A stretch of DNA of 64,000 nt from NCBI GenBank assembly GCA_030019365.1, contig JASEFA010000001.1, positions 334,953 to 398,952 on the forward strand, in the 5' to 3' direction. Positions within the stretch are counted from its first letter, which is position 1; the number at the start of each line of letters is the position of its first letter. The position numbers and the translations under genes were made by a program. The notes beneath the pieces were generated by a model, which was not told the origin of the DNA, made no database searches, and saw only the letters and a list, made by a program, of their open reading frames with translations. Shown in pieces: positions 9,452 through 18,625 of this stretch. This DNA comes from Bacillota bacterium. GTDB lineage: Bacteria > Bacillota > Sulfobacillia > JACIYH01.

Positions 9452-10291
9452 TCAGGGAAGCCTCTTGCCCACCAGGGGGGCCAGCCGACGCACATCGTGC
9501 ATGAGCGCGGCAAAGTCGAGGGGGCCGAGGGATTGAGGCCCTTCGCACAGGGCGCGGTGGGGATCGGGGTGAACCCTGACCATGAGGCCGTTGGTGCCGG
9601 CGGCCACCGCCGCGCGGGCCATGGCACAGATGAGGTCAGGGGAGCCCGGGTGGCAGCAGGGATCGGTGACCACGGGCAGGTGGCTCAACTGCCTCACCAG
9701 GGCCACTGCCGCCAGGTCAAGGGTCGTCCCTGCAGCGGTGTCAAAGGTGCGGATACCTTTCTCACAGAGGACTACCTGCGGGTTGCCCGCATCCAGGATG
9801 CACTGTGCGGCCAGCAGCCATTCCTCGATGGTGGCAGCCGGTCCCTTCTCGAGGAACACCGGCCTGCGCCCCAGTCCGACCTCCCTGAGCAGGGGGATGT
9901 TTTGCATGTCCCGTGCGGCGATCCCGAGCCCATCTGCGTACTCGAGCACCAGGCCCACGTCGCGGGGATCACCGACCTCCGTCAGAACCGGGATACCTGC
10001 CTCATCGCCCGCGTCCCGGAGCATCCTCAGGGCGTTCACTCCCAGGCCCTGGAACTCATGTGGAGAGGCCTTTGACGGGAAGACGCCTGCTTTCAGTATC
10101 GCTCCCCCCAGCCTCTTGACCACACGCGCGGCCGCTCTGATCTGCTCCTGGCTTTCCACGGTGGCCGGCCCGGCGATTACCACCAGGTGGTGGGACCCGA
10201 TGGGGACGCCGCCCACGTGAACCACAGTCTCTTCGCCGGCTTCTACGCGCCTGACTCCGCCCGGGGCCTTGACCTCTAGCATCTGTACCAC
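9452..10291 (-). CDS. aroF: 3-deoxy-7-phosphoheptulonate (DAHP) synthase, AroF/KDO8PS-like class
   Basis: 279 aa with 'LVVIAGPATVES' and the DAHP-synthase I-beta fold. GGGGGAG SD 9 nt upstream of the ATG. Preceded by a T-box leader. Confidence 0.9.
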   Translation of the reverse strand: MVQMLEVKAPGGVRRVEAGEETVVHVGGVPIGSHHLVVIAGPATVESQEQIRAAARVVKRLGGAILKAGVFPSKASPHEFQGLGVNALRMLRDAGDEAGIPVLTEVGDPRDVGLVLEYADGLGIAARDMQNIPLLREVGLGRRPVFLEKGPAATIEEWLLAAQCILDAGNPQVVLCEKGIRTFDTAAGTTLDLAAVALVRQLSHLPVVTDPCCHPGSPDLICAMARAAVAAGTNGLMVRVHPDPHRALCEGPQSLGPLDFAALMHDVRRLAPLVGKRLP

Positions 10292-10420
10292 TCCCCCTTC
10301 TCCCAGAGGTGCCTCGCGCCCTCCGCCCCTGGCACCGGCGGTCCCCTTCCGCCCTCGCCTGCGGCGGTCACCCTCTCGCCGCGCCAGTGACGACTGCCGC
10401 TACAGGCGGCGCGGCGGACG

Positions 10421-10451
10421 CAAAAAGCCCCGTCCCGGCAAGGGACGGGGC
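10421..10451 (-). terminator. intrinsic terminator of the T-box leader
   Basis: Hairpin GCCCCGTCCC–GGCAAG–GGGACGGGGC followed by UUUUU on the minus strand, ~130 nt upstream of the aroF start. Confidence 0.6.
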
Positions 10452-10805
10452 TCTCACTCCCGCGGTACCACCCTGATTGCTTCCGGCGCGCCGGGCTGGC
10501 GACAGCCGGATGCCACTCCGTTCGAGTACGGGACCGGCGACGCCGATCCGTATACCCGCTTCCGTGCTAACGGTGGAAGGTCCGTCTGCGCCTACTCGGC
10601 CCGGGGTTACCGGCCGGTCCGTCCGCAGGTCGCCGGCCGGCCATCCGGCCTCCGGTACCGTTCAGGCAGCCGCTCCCGGGAGAACTTCACGTCGCCTGGA
10701 GTCGCCCGGCTTCCACCGTCCCCGGCTCGCTAGAAACCCGACGGCGAGCTACTTTTCCCGTTCATGGCGTTTACGGGGGTATGCCTGCCTTCCCCCGTAT
10801 GATTT
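10421..10805 (-). promoter_or_regulatory. T-box riboswitch leader (tRNA-sensing) controlling aroF
   Basis: Minus strand carries the canonical T-box sequence 'AAUCAGGGUGGUACCGCGGGAG' (plus 10459–10480). It is immediately followed by a GC hairpin and a U-tract. The leader 5' end has the GA-motif region. Specifier not resolved (possibly Tyr UAC/UAU). Confidence 0.65.
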
Positions 10806-10811
10806 TGGGCT

Positions 10812-10841
10812 AATCTACCACGGGCGGTCCGGTACAGTCAA
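10812..10841 (-). promoter_or_regulatory. sigma-A-like promoter for the T-box/aroF transcript
   Basis: Minus strand has TTGACT (-35), an 18-nt spacer and TAGATT (-10). The predicted TSS lies just before the first leader hairpin. Confidence 0.35.
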
Positions 10842-10959
10842 TGGATAGGGATGCCAGTGCTCGCCCCGCGGGCGCATGGCGGGAGCGGAAACCGCGAAAC
10901 CTATGCATCGACCGGTGGGAGGCCGAAAGCCCCTGGTGCGCAATCGGAGGTGTTGACCG

Positions 10960-11472
10960 GTGGCGAAAGACAAGTCCCAAAACATAGACCTGTTGCGGCA
11001 GAGCCTGGGCCCCATCCCCTCCCCCGGCAGTGCCCAGACGCCGGCGGGGTATCTCACCCAGGCCGTCACCACCATGCAGAACATCCTGCGGCAGGAGCAG
11101 TTCACCTCGGAGCAGGAACTGCAGAGCAGCCTGACCCAGTCTTCCACGAAGGTGTCGCAGTCCCAGCGTCTGGACCAGATGCTGGCCCTGGCCAACCAAC
11201 TGGTGCAGACGGCCCAGGGGGGAGCCGACGCCGTGCGCCAGAACCTGCCCCACTTCCAGCAAGCCCTGCAGGAATTGAAGACGCAGATCGCCGACGAGGA
11301 AACCCAGATCGGCACCCAGGTTTCCCAGGCGTTGCAGCAGGCGGTGTCCAGCCTGGCGCAGGCCCACGCTGCCATGGTGCAGGGCCAGTCATTCCGCGAC
11401 CTCAACCGCCTGGTGGCGGAAGCCGAGCACCTGGTGGGCCAGATTCAGAAGCCCACGGACGTGGTCTCCTGA
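10960..11472 (+). CDS. hypothetical Gln-rich coiled-coil protein
   Basis: 170 aa with natural composition (Q/L/A/S/T) and a heptad-like 'QxLxxL' periodicity. The opposite-strand ORF here is P/G/R-rich and judged spurious. No homolog recognised. Confidence 0.5.
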   Translation: MAKDKSQNIDLLRQSLGPIPSPGSAQTPAGYLTQAVTTMQNILRQEQFTSEQELQSSLTQSSTKVSQSQRLDQMLALANQLVQTAQGGADAVRQNLPHFQQALQELKTQIADEETQIGTQVSQALQQAVSSLAQAHAAMVQGQSFRDLNRLVAEAEHLVGQIQKPTDVVS

Positions 11473-11611
11473 TACTCCCGTGACGTTCCCACTCGCCTGC
11501 AGGAAAACCGTCGCTCGGGGTCGAAGCTAGGCCTAAACGAAAACGGCGATGGGGCTCGCCATATGTTGTGGTCCGCAACTGATGGCTCCTGGCTGACAGG
11601 CCGGGAGCCAT

Positions 11612-12325
11612 TTGCATCAGAGGAGGTGTGGGGTCCTGCTTTCTGTAGAGTTGCTTCCCCAGGTCTCCGCCTGGGTCACGGAGTTGACGCTCCCTCAGCT
11701 GCACGCTGCCCTTCAACAGGGGGCTGCGTACCTGCTGGGTCGCGACACGTTTGCCCAGGAAAGTGATCTGTGCGATTACATCGAAAGCCTGGCGGAGCTC
11801 TCGGCTCTTGCCGCCCAGGCCTTCCGTCTGGAAAGGGAACAACGGGAGCTGGAGGCGGAGGAACGGGAGCTCAAGCAAGAGGCAAATGCGCTGGCCGCCG
11901 GGCGGGTGAAGGATTGGGGCGGGCGCGTTGGGTTCCAAAGAGCGGACACAGAAAGACCCGAGGCCCGTTCGGGTTCTACACCGCGCCTGGTCGCCACCGC
12001 TGTGCCCCTCCCCGCTTCCGGGGGCGAGGGGGCAGATGCCGGCGGGGATCTGGCGGGCCGGCTGGGCAAGCTGGCGGCTGAGAAGGGATGGGATGAGGCT
12101 GCCGCAGTACGCAGCGCCCTCACGTGTGCCTTCGCCCTGGCACGGGTAAGCGTCGCTGACCGGGAGGAGTTGGCGAAGGAGAGCAAGCTGTTCGGCCGGC
12201 AGTGCGCAGTGCTCCGCTACCGCATCTGGGTTCTGCTGCAGGACAACCGCATCATCCGCATGCACCTGGCGGGACTGAGAGCGCGCGTGGCCCGCCTCCA
12301 GGCCATGGACTACGACGTTCGCTGA
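11612..12325 (+). CDS. hypothetical protein (charged coiled-coil segment 'REQRELEAEERELKQEA')
   Basis: 237-aa ORF preceded by an AGAGGAGGTG SD. The true start may be a CTG/TTG a few codons in. No recognisable family. Confidence 0.45.
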   Translation: MHQRRCGVLLSVELLPQVSAWVTELTLPQLHAALQQGAAYLLGRDTFAQESDLCDYIESLAELSALAAQAFRLEREQRELEAEERELKQEANALAAGRVKDWGGRVGFQRADTERPEARSGSTPRLVATAVPLPASGGEGADAGGDLAGRLGKLAAEKGWDEAAAVRSALTCAFALARVSVADREELAKESKLFGRQCAVLRYRIWVLLQDNRIIRMHLAGLRARVARLQAMDYDVR

Positions 12326-12398
12326 CCGTGGGCCGCGACTCTGCTCCGGGCGTAAGGGATTGCTGGCCGGGTCGTTGCGAGTGCCCGGCGCTGGCCGG

Positions 12399-13283
12399 TT
12401 AGCACCGGCCGATGTGCCTTATCGCTCCGCGCAGGGCCTGTCTCCAGAGTTCGATGTGCGCAACCTGGAACGGGCCGGGCGGCACCTGCGTCATCCAGCT
12501 CTTGATCTCCCTGGCGGCGATGACGACCGCGTCCCTGTACAGGTCCTGGCGGTCCCACCGGCTGGCGAGGCTCTCGAGCAGTTCGATTCGCTCGACGGGT
12601 GGGCGCGAGAAAAGCAGAAACAGGGCGGGGTCGTAGGAAGGGGGGCGCAACGACGCATATTCCCAGTCCACCAGCCAGTAGCTCCCACCCCGGTCGAGCA
12701 GGATATTGGCCGGCAACAGGTCCCCGTGGCTCAAGACGAGTTTGGCTGCGGTGGTCCAGGACCGCGAGGCGTCCTCGAGAAACGAGAGCGTGTCGGATTC
12801 CAGTTCGCGAGCGATCACGGGCAGGTACTTCCCCAATCTGCTTCCGCGCTCATATTCCGGGCGGAGGCTGCCAGGCGGGTCCACATTCTGCAGGTGCAGC
12901 ACGTCCTCCAGGATGGCGTCGACCTGCGCGCCCTCGCGGAGGCGGAAGGCGTTACGCTTTTCCGCCAGCGGTACCGCGTCCAGGCGGTCGAACAGGAGGA
13001 TCACCAGGTCGTCCGAAACGTAATGGCCGCGCAGGGCCGGCACCCGCACGGGCAGGCCTGGACACGTCTGCAGGAAGCGGAGTTCGTGGCGCAACGCGCT
13101 GAGGCCGTGTGGGTCCCCCCGGGTGCGGGCCTTCACGAACCAGCGGGCCGAGGGGATGGCCACCCGGGCACTGTGCGCGAGCAGGTCGACCAGCCGGTCT
13201 ACTTCCTCCGGGCCGAGGAAGGGCTCCAGCGCCGCGAGCAAGGGTTCCATCACCTGCCGCCTGCCGGCGCCACCCGGCCTCAT
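12399..13283 (-). CDS. APH/ChoK-family phosphotransferase (CotS/bacterial-spore-kinase-like)
   Basis: Kinase Brenner-like motif 'LSHGDLLPANILL' and 'WLVDWEYA'. Start set to the ATG at 13283, which has a GGAGGAG SD 5 nt upstream, not the R/G-rich ORF extension to 13436. Confidence 0.7.
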   Translation of the reverse strand: MRPGGAGRRQVMEPLLAALEPFLGPEEVDRLVDLLAHSARVAIPSARWFVKARTRGDPHGLSALRHELRFLQTCPGLPVRVPALRGHYVSDDLVILLFDRLDAVPLAEKRNAFRLREGAQVDAILEDVLHLQNVDPPGSLRPEYERGSRLGKYLPVIARELESDTLSFLEDASRSWTTAAKLVLSHGDLLPANILLDRGGSYWLVDWEYASLRPPSYDPALFLLFSRPPVERIELLESLASRWDRQDLYRDAVVIAAREIKSWMTQVPPGPFQVAHIELWRQALRGAIRHIGRC

Positions 13284-13516
13284 CCTTGCTCCTCCTGCAG
13301 TTGGGAAGCGGAAAGGTGGTAGAACTCGCCCCGTCGCCGCAGCAGGACATCGGCGGTGCCGGTTTCCACCGCGGCGCGACGCACCACCCCCACGTCGACT
13401 ATGGCTCCGGTCACCTCCCCACCCGAGACCAGTCAATCGCCAGGATCAGCGCTACGCGGCGGTGCAATGTGCAGTGCAGCCGCGTGACCCACGCGCGGTA
13501 GCCGGCCGAAGCGCAG

Positions 13517-14284
13517 TCATGCCCCGGCCAGGGCCGCCGCGTGGTCGCAGATCTCCATGAGACCGCAATATCCCGATCGGAACAGGGCCCGCAACCGGGC
13601 GGGATCGTGACGCACTTCCGACCAGCGCCACACTCCCGCGAAGAAGGCATCCAGGCTACCGGAAGGGCACCAGGGGTCAACCACGGGCAGCACGTCGGCC
13701 ACGCTCCGACGCCATACCTCCAGAGGCGGTTCACCGCGCAGAATGGCGGCGTGGTACACTGCGGGCTTCACGCTCGTCCCAAACAGTCGCACGTAGGAGG
13801 CCAGCCGGGAGTCCGGTTTGTCGGCAATCCTGCCGATGAAGGCCTGGGCTTCCCGCCGCGCCCACGGGAAGAACGACCGTGCCTTCGTGACGATCTCGTC
13901 GGGCTGCGGTTGGGGCAAATCCGGAGGCAGGCTTCCGTAAACAAGCTCATACGTTCCCGGGATGGGCGGAGTCCGATCGGACGGGTAGTTCGGCCCGTCC
14001 AGGAAATAGACCTGGATGGTACTGACGCCGAACGCCTCCGGATCCAGCCCGCCCATAGCGGCCTGGAAGGCCAGAGCCCTGTCCAGGGCCGGGGTACGGC
14101 CATCCACCATGGGCACCACCGACGACCGGAGGAAAAGATGCATGTCGAAGTCCGAGTAGCCGGGGACGAAGTCCCCCTTCACCGCCGACCCCTTGAGGAT
14201 GGCGGTGACCAGTCCGTCGCCGAACACCTCCAGCCCCGCCGCCAGGAGCAGGCCGGCTAGTGCTGCGCGGTCGCGCTCGGGCAT
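13517..14284 (-). CDS. AadA/ANT-like nucleotidyltransferase (Pol-beta NTase fold plus helical C-domain)
   Basis: 'LKGSAVKGDFVPGYSDFDMHLFL' matches the 'LYGSAVDGGLKPHSDIDLLV' catalytic motif of ANT(3'')/AadA. The ~30-aa N-terminal lead and ~255-aa size also agree. RBS is weak. Confidence 0.6.
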   Translation of the reverse strand: MPERDRAALAGLLLAAGLEVFGDGLVTAILKGSAVKGDFVPGYSDFDMHLFLRSSVVPMVDGRTPALDRALAFQAAMGGLDPEAFGVSTIQVYFLDGPNYPSDRTPPIPGTYELVYGSLPPDLPQPQPDEIVTKARSFFPWARREAQAFIGRIADKPDSRLASYVRLFGTSVKPAVYHAAILRGEPPLEVWRRSVADVLPVVDPWCPSGSLDAFFAGVWRWSEVRHDPARLRALFRSGYCGLMEICDHAAALAGA

Positions 14285-14438
14285 GGGGGGAAGAGGATTG
14301 ACGGGCACTGCCAGCCGTTCACTTCCTCTCAAGGGTCGCTGCGGTTGCCGCCGGCCGCGCCCACGGCTTGGGCAGAGCCATCCTACCACGCTCCTCCGCG
14401 GCGATCAACTCGCGCTTGCCGCGTGGGCCGGTACCTCC

Positions 14439-15485
14439 ATGGTGGGCCCTCGGCGTTCCCTGGTTTATAATGGTCTCACGGGCCCGCCCGCGGGTCTGGT
14501 GCCGGGGTGGGCGAGCACCGCGGTGGTGGTGAGGTTGCCGGGGGACAGGCCGGGGAACGACATCCTGCTGTGCGACCTGGATGCCTTCTTCGCGTCCGTG
14601 GAGCAGCGGGACCACCCCGAGCTGCGGGGCAAGCCGGTCGTCGTCGGGGGCGATGCCTCCAGGCGGGGGGTGGTGGCCGCCTGCTCCTATGAGGCCCGCG
14701 CATACGGAGTGCGCTCCGCCATGCCCATGCGACGGGCTCTCGACCTGTGCCCTCAGGCCATCGTGCTGCCCGTGCGCATGGCCCGATACCGCGAGGCGTC
14801 CGACCGCGTCTTCTCCATCTTCGACCGCTTCACCCCCGACCTGGAAGCGGTGTCCATCGACGAGGCGTACCTGGCCGTCCCCGCGGGCCAGGGTGCGGGC
14901 ATTGCCGAGCAGATCCGTGCTCTCGTGCGCAGGGAGCTCGACCTTCCCCTATCCGTTGGGGTCTCCTGCAACAAGGTGCTGGCCAAGATAGCCTGCCAGT
15001 TGGCCAAACCGGACGGGATCCGGCTGCTCTGGCCGGATCAGGTGGCCACCGTCCTCTGGCCTCTGCCGGTGGGAACCCTGCCCGGGGTGGGTCCCAAAGC
15101 GGAAGAAAGGCTGGTGCGGGCAGGCCTCCGCACCGTGGGGGACGTGGCGGCCGCCTCTTCCCAGCTCATGGAAACCCTCCTGGGGTCCGCCGGTCGCACC
15201 ATCTACCAGTACGCCCACGGCCGGGATGATCGGCCTGTGCTGACGGAGCATCAGGCCCGCTCCCTTTCCGAGGAGATGACCTTCGCCACCGACGTGGGCG
15301 ACCCCGAGCAGGTCCTCTCCGCCCTCATGGAAATGGCCGAGGAACTGGGTCACCGCCTGCGCACGGCCGGTCTCCGGGCCCGCACCATCGGCATCAAGTT
15401 GCGCTTCCCCGATTTCCGCACCATCACCCGGGCCACCACGCTGCGGCAGGCCACGGACAGCGATGCTGCCCTGTATTTTCGGTAA
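14439..15485 (+). CDS. dinB: DNA polymerase IV (Y-family, DinB)
   Basis: 'ILLCDLDAFFASVEQRD', 'SIDEAYL' and little-finger region. Start ambiguous between the ATG at 14439 and GTG/TTG codons at 14523–14535 downstream of a TTTATAAT island at 14464–14471. Confidence 0.8.
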   Translation: MVGPRRSLVYNGLTGPPAGLVPGWASTAVVVRLPGDRPGNDILLCDLDAFFASVEQRDHPELRGKPVVVGGDASRRGVVAACSYEARAYGVRSAMPMRRALDLCPQAIVLPVRMARYREASDRVFSIFDRFTPDLEAVSIDEAYLAVPAGQGAGIAEQIRALVRRELDLPLSVGVSCNKVLAKIACQLAKPDGIRLLWPDQVATVLWPLPVGTLPGVGPKAEERLVRAGLRTVGDVAAASSQLMETLLGSAGRTIYQYAHGRDDRPVLTEHQARSLSEEMTFATDVGDPEQVLSALMEMAEELGHRLRTAGLRARTIGIKLRFPDFRTITRATTLRQATDSDAALYFR

Positions 15486-15821
15486 ACCGGTGGTCTTCCG
15501 CGCCCGGCGCCTGCAACCTCTGGCTCAGGCCCACCAGGCGTCGCCTGTCGTCTCACCCCGCTCAAAGGTCAGCGGCCGACCGCCGGGCTCGTCGGACGTC
15601 GGCGCCTACGGGACGACCCGGGAGGAGTAGGAACTGGGCGTGCCAGAAGAAACCACCAGGGACCCGCAGCACTCCGGCGTGCTGTAACCCCTCGATCCCG
15701 GTGCGGCCTTCCCCCCAGATCCAAGACCCTTGCAACTGCTGGAGGATTGAGGGACCTCGCCCTGTGCCGGCGGGGATTGTCGCCACCGGCCACCTGGTCC
15801 GAGCGCACGGGCGAATCGATG

Positions 15822-16214
15822 CTACGGGGTGGTTATGTAGCGGCCGGTGGCGGTGGCCAGTTCCTGTCCCTGTGCCCCCAGCAGCCGGGCTGTGACCTCC
15901 ACCATCCTCCCCTTGCGGCGCCCGGCGCGCGCCTCCACGCTCAGGGGCCGGTGCAGTGGGACGGAGGCCCGGAACCGCACCTCCAGGCGGGCCGTGTGAC
16001 CCTCGCACCCGATGGCGTGCAAGGCATAGGCCATGGCCTCGTCCAGCAGGGTGCACACCAGGCCGCCGTGCACCATGCCCGGGTAGCCCTGGTGCTCGGC
16101 CCGGGGCGAGAAAGAAGCGCGCGCCACTCCATCTTCGCAGGTGAACCGCAGGGCCAGGCCGATGGGATTCTCTCTGCCGCAGCCAAAGCACAATGGATAC
16201 TCACGGATGAGCAC
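15822..16214 (-). CDS. PaaI-family hotdog-fold acyl-CoA thioesterase
   Basis: 130 aa with the 'HGG…DEA' hotdog thioesterase core ('GMVHGGLVCTLLDEAMAYA'). Confidence 0.75.
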   Translation of the reverse strand: MLIREYPLCFGCGRENPIGLALRFTCEDGVARASFSPRAEHQGYPGMVHGGLVCTLLDEAMAYALHAIGCEGHTARLEVRFRASVPLHRPLSVEARAGRRKGRMVEVTARLLGAQGQELATATGRYITTP

Positions 16215-16497
16215 CTGCTCGCCTCCCGGTCGGAACTGGGCACCTGAAGTGGCACTCGTTGGGCACGACCGCTGCCCGCCGAAGCGCAGTCAGCGGCGCC
16301 GATGGACCGCAACGCGGGTGCCCCGGTCCAGTTCTCCGGGGCACCCGGTTACTCCTTTCCACCGTCGGCGGCGGCGACCAGCCTGCCGGGCCGTCAAGGT
16401 GGGCTGGGGATACGGGCAGGAGGGCGGCGGTCAGTAGCGGGTGCCTCCTCTCCCCTGCCCTCGGTCGCGCCGCTGGGACGGGCCGGCCGCACGAAGT

Positions 16498-17625
16498 TCA
16501 GGGAACGCCCAGTTCGGAGAGGGTGACGAGACGGGCGCCCGCGGCGGTGAGCAAACGCACCAGGTTGTCCACCAAGGCGGCGGTGCCCGGCCGGTCAGCG
16601 TGAAGCATCACAATGTACCCGTCGTAGCAGCGCACGGCAATGCGACGGGCCAGTTCCTCTGCAGGAAGGGGGCAGTCGTCGGTGGCTCCCACGTTGTGCC
16701 AGAGAACGGTGGTGAGGCCCTGGCGGGCAGCGGCGGCCGCGACCGCCCGATCCAAGGCTCCACCAGGGGGGCGGAAAAGCAGAGGCTTTCGTCCCGCGAC
16801 CGAGGCGACGGCGGCCTGGGCGGCGGAGAGGTCCTTCTCCACGTCGGCCGGGTCGTGGCCCACCAGGATGCGATGGCAATACGAGTGGTTGCCCAGCTCG
16901 TGGCCTGCTGCGACCATCCTCAGAACCTGGTCGCGGTTCTGGGCTATCCTTTCCCCGATCAAAAAGAAGGTTGCCCTCACCCCATGCCTGGCGAGCACCT
17001 CCAGGATGGCCCCGGTGCCGGCATGGGGAGCATCGTCGAAGGTGAGGGCGACTCGGGCCCCCAGCAGGCCGGACCGTGGTGACTCCGGGGAGGATGTGCC
17101 CGGCAGGAACGTCTCCCAGGCCGGGCCTTCCTCAGGTTGGGGCGCATCCGATACCGGTTGAGATGGCGAGTCCGCCGGCTCGGGCGTGGACCGGCCCTGT
17201 TGGGCGCCGGTGCCCAGATCCCGCACCACGAGCTTCTGCCCCGGGCGAATCAGGTCGGGGTCCCTGATGCCGTTGACCTGGCACAGCCACTTCACAGTCA
17301 CGCCGTAGCTGGCAGCGATCTCGTTCAGCGTGTCCCCTTTGCGCACCACATAGGTCGCCGCCGCCCGTCGCAGGGCGGCCATGGTGGTCGGGCCCACCAC
17401 CCCGTCCGCCGCCAGACCGTGCTCCTTCTGGAAACGCAAGATGGCCGATTCCGTGGCCGGCCCGCGGATGCCATCGAGGGCCCCGCGGTAGTAGCCGGTC
17501 TGCTTGAGGAGGGACTGGTATTCCCTTACATAGGCGCTAGATTGAGGTGTGGCGTGGGCCGGGCTCAACGCAACAAGCTCGAGCAGCGCCACGAGCAGCG
17601 CGCAAACGAGGCAAAAGCGAGTCAT
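16498..17625 (-). CDS. secreted polysaccharide deacetylase with peptidoglycan-binding and LysM domains
   Basis: Signal peptide; PG_binding_1 ('GIRGPATESAILRFQKEHGLAADGVVGPTT'); LysM ('YVVRKGDTLNEIAASYGVTVKWLCQVNGI'); NodB/CE4 deacetylase core ('LTFDDAPH…RPPGG'). Likely a cortex/cell-wall deacetylase. Confidence 0.85.
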   Translation of the reverse strand: MTRFCLVCALLVALLELVALSPAHATPQSSAYVREYQSLLKQTGYYRGALDGIRGPATESAILRFQKEHGLAADGVVGPTTMAALRRAAATYVVRKGDTLNEIAASYGVTVKWLCQVNGIRDPDLIRPGQKLVVRDLGTGAQQGRSTPEPADSPSQPVSDAPQPEEGPAWETFLPGTSSPESPRSGLLGARVALTFDDAPHAGTGAILEVLARHGVRATFFLIGERIAQNRDQVLRMVAAGHELGNHSYCHRILVGHDPADVEKDLSAAQAAVASVAGRKPLLFRPPGGALDRAVAAAAARQGLTTVLWHNVGATDDCPLPAEELARRIAVRCYDGYIVMLHADRPGTAALVDNLVRLLTAAGARLVTLSELGVP

Positions 17626-17689
17626 GGCTACCCCCCAATCCCGGGGTAGCTTCTCCCCGCCGCCGTCCCATTATGCCGGTGCGGGACGA

Positions 17690-18085
17690 TCAGAAGTTGA
17701 CGCCCACGATGCCCCCCAGAGCCCCGAGGACAACACCGACCGCGAGTCTGATAAGCCAGGGCCACAGGGCGAAAGTTGCTCCGAAGAAGAGGACGCCGAT
17801 GATGAGTGCCACGAGTGTGAACAGGAGCCCGGCGATGGCACCGTGGACGAGACCCCGCGCCCGGGCCCGCTGCCCCGCCACGAAACCGGCCACCAGAGCC
17901 CCGACTCCGCCCAACACGTCCATGATCACGCGGGCGGGACGGTCGTCGATGTCCACCCAGAGCATGACGATGGCCAGCAGGCAAAGGAGGAGCACAGTCA
18001 CCAGCAGCCCCACTACCGCCCCCCGTACCACGCCGCCCAGGGCCCAGCCCGTCTCTTCCTCCCTCAGCGACCTTACCGGGCGCAT
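17690..18085 (-). CDS. small polytopic membrane protein (TIGR04086-like)
   Basis: 131 aa, four hydrophobic helices rich in G/A/L/V. No enzymatic motif. Confidence 0.5.
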   Translation of the reverse strand: MRPVRSLREEETGWALGGVVRGAVVGLLVTVLLLCLLAIVMLWVDIDDRPARVIMDVLGGVGALVAGFVAGQRARARGLVHGAIAGLLFTLVALIIGVLFFGATFALWPWLIRLAVGVVLGALGGIVGVNF

Positions 18086-18180
18086 CCTTTCACCCCCCGG
18101 CCCGGTATGCTATATGCCCGGCAGGCCGCCCCTATGCCATTGGAAAACGATTGGGGGGAGCCCGGGCTCCCCCCGCGGGG

Positions 18181-18417
18181 TCAGCCGCCCTGCCGTTGGT
18201 CGTCCTGTCCCCGCTCGCGGGCCAGGTCTTGCTCGGCGAAGCGCACCATGCGGCGCACCATCTGGCCTCCGATATGGCCCACCTCGCGGGTGGTCATGTC
18301 GCCCCACCCGCGCCGCTCCACATCGTCAGTCAGACCGAGGTCTTGGGCAACCTCGTACTTCAGCCGATCCAGCCCGCGCCGCGCCTCGGGGAGCACGATG
18401 CGACGCCTCCGTGGCAT
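18181..18417 (-). CDS. small acid-soluble spore protein, alpha/beta type (second copy)
   Basis: 'LKYEVAQDLGL…GHIGGQMVRRMVRFAEQDLA' signature. ATG with an AAGGAGGG SD 6 nt upstream. An AT-rich island (18440–18500) lies upstream in otherwise GC-rich DNA. Confidence 0.85.
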   Translation of the reverse strand: MPRRRRIVLPEARRGLDRLKYEVAQDLGLTDDVERRGWGDMTTREVGHIGGQMVRRMVRFAEQDLARERGQDDQRQGG

Positions 18418-18625
18418 GGGCGCCCTCCTTTCCGCCCCTCCGGCGCCGGCGGCATTATTAGCTTTTGCGCGCCGCTTACGGTTATGTAAACAGCTTTCCC
18501 CAGTTTTGAGACAAGTTTGCGCGGCTTGCATGGTCGGGCCTCAGCCTTCCCGTTCAGCGGCCTTACATCCCCGCTTACCTTTGCAGTGGGGCCGCCCAGC
18601 AGGCCGTCCACCATAGGTCCCCGCT

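Noticed and set aside
10450-10830. Considered tmRNA, RNase P RNA or SRP RNA for the ORF-free, structured region upstream of aroF
   Set aside because: No tRNA-like 3' end, tag-peptide reading frame, GGAAAGUCCGGGC P4 block or SRP domain-IV motif. The T-box consensus followed by a terminator explains it better.
11402-12265. 287-aa minus-strand ORF spanning both hypothetical plus-strand genes
   Set aside because: Low-complexity P/G/R-rich product and no RBS. The plus-strand ORFs have natural composition and an SD, though these remain hypothetical.
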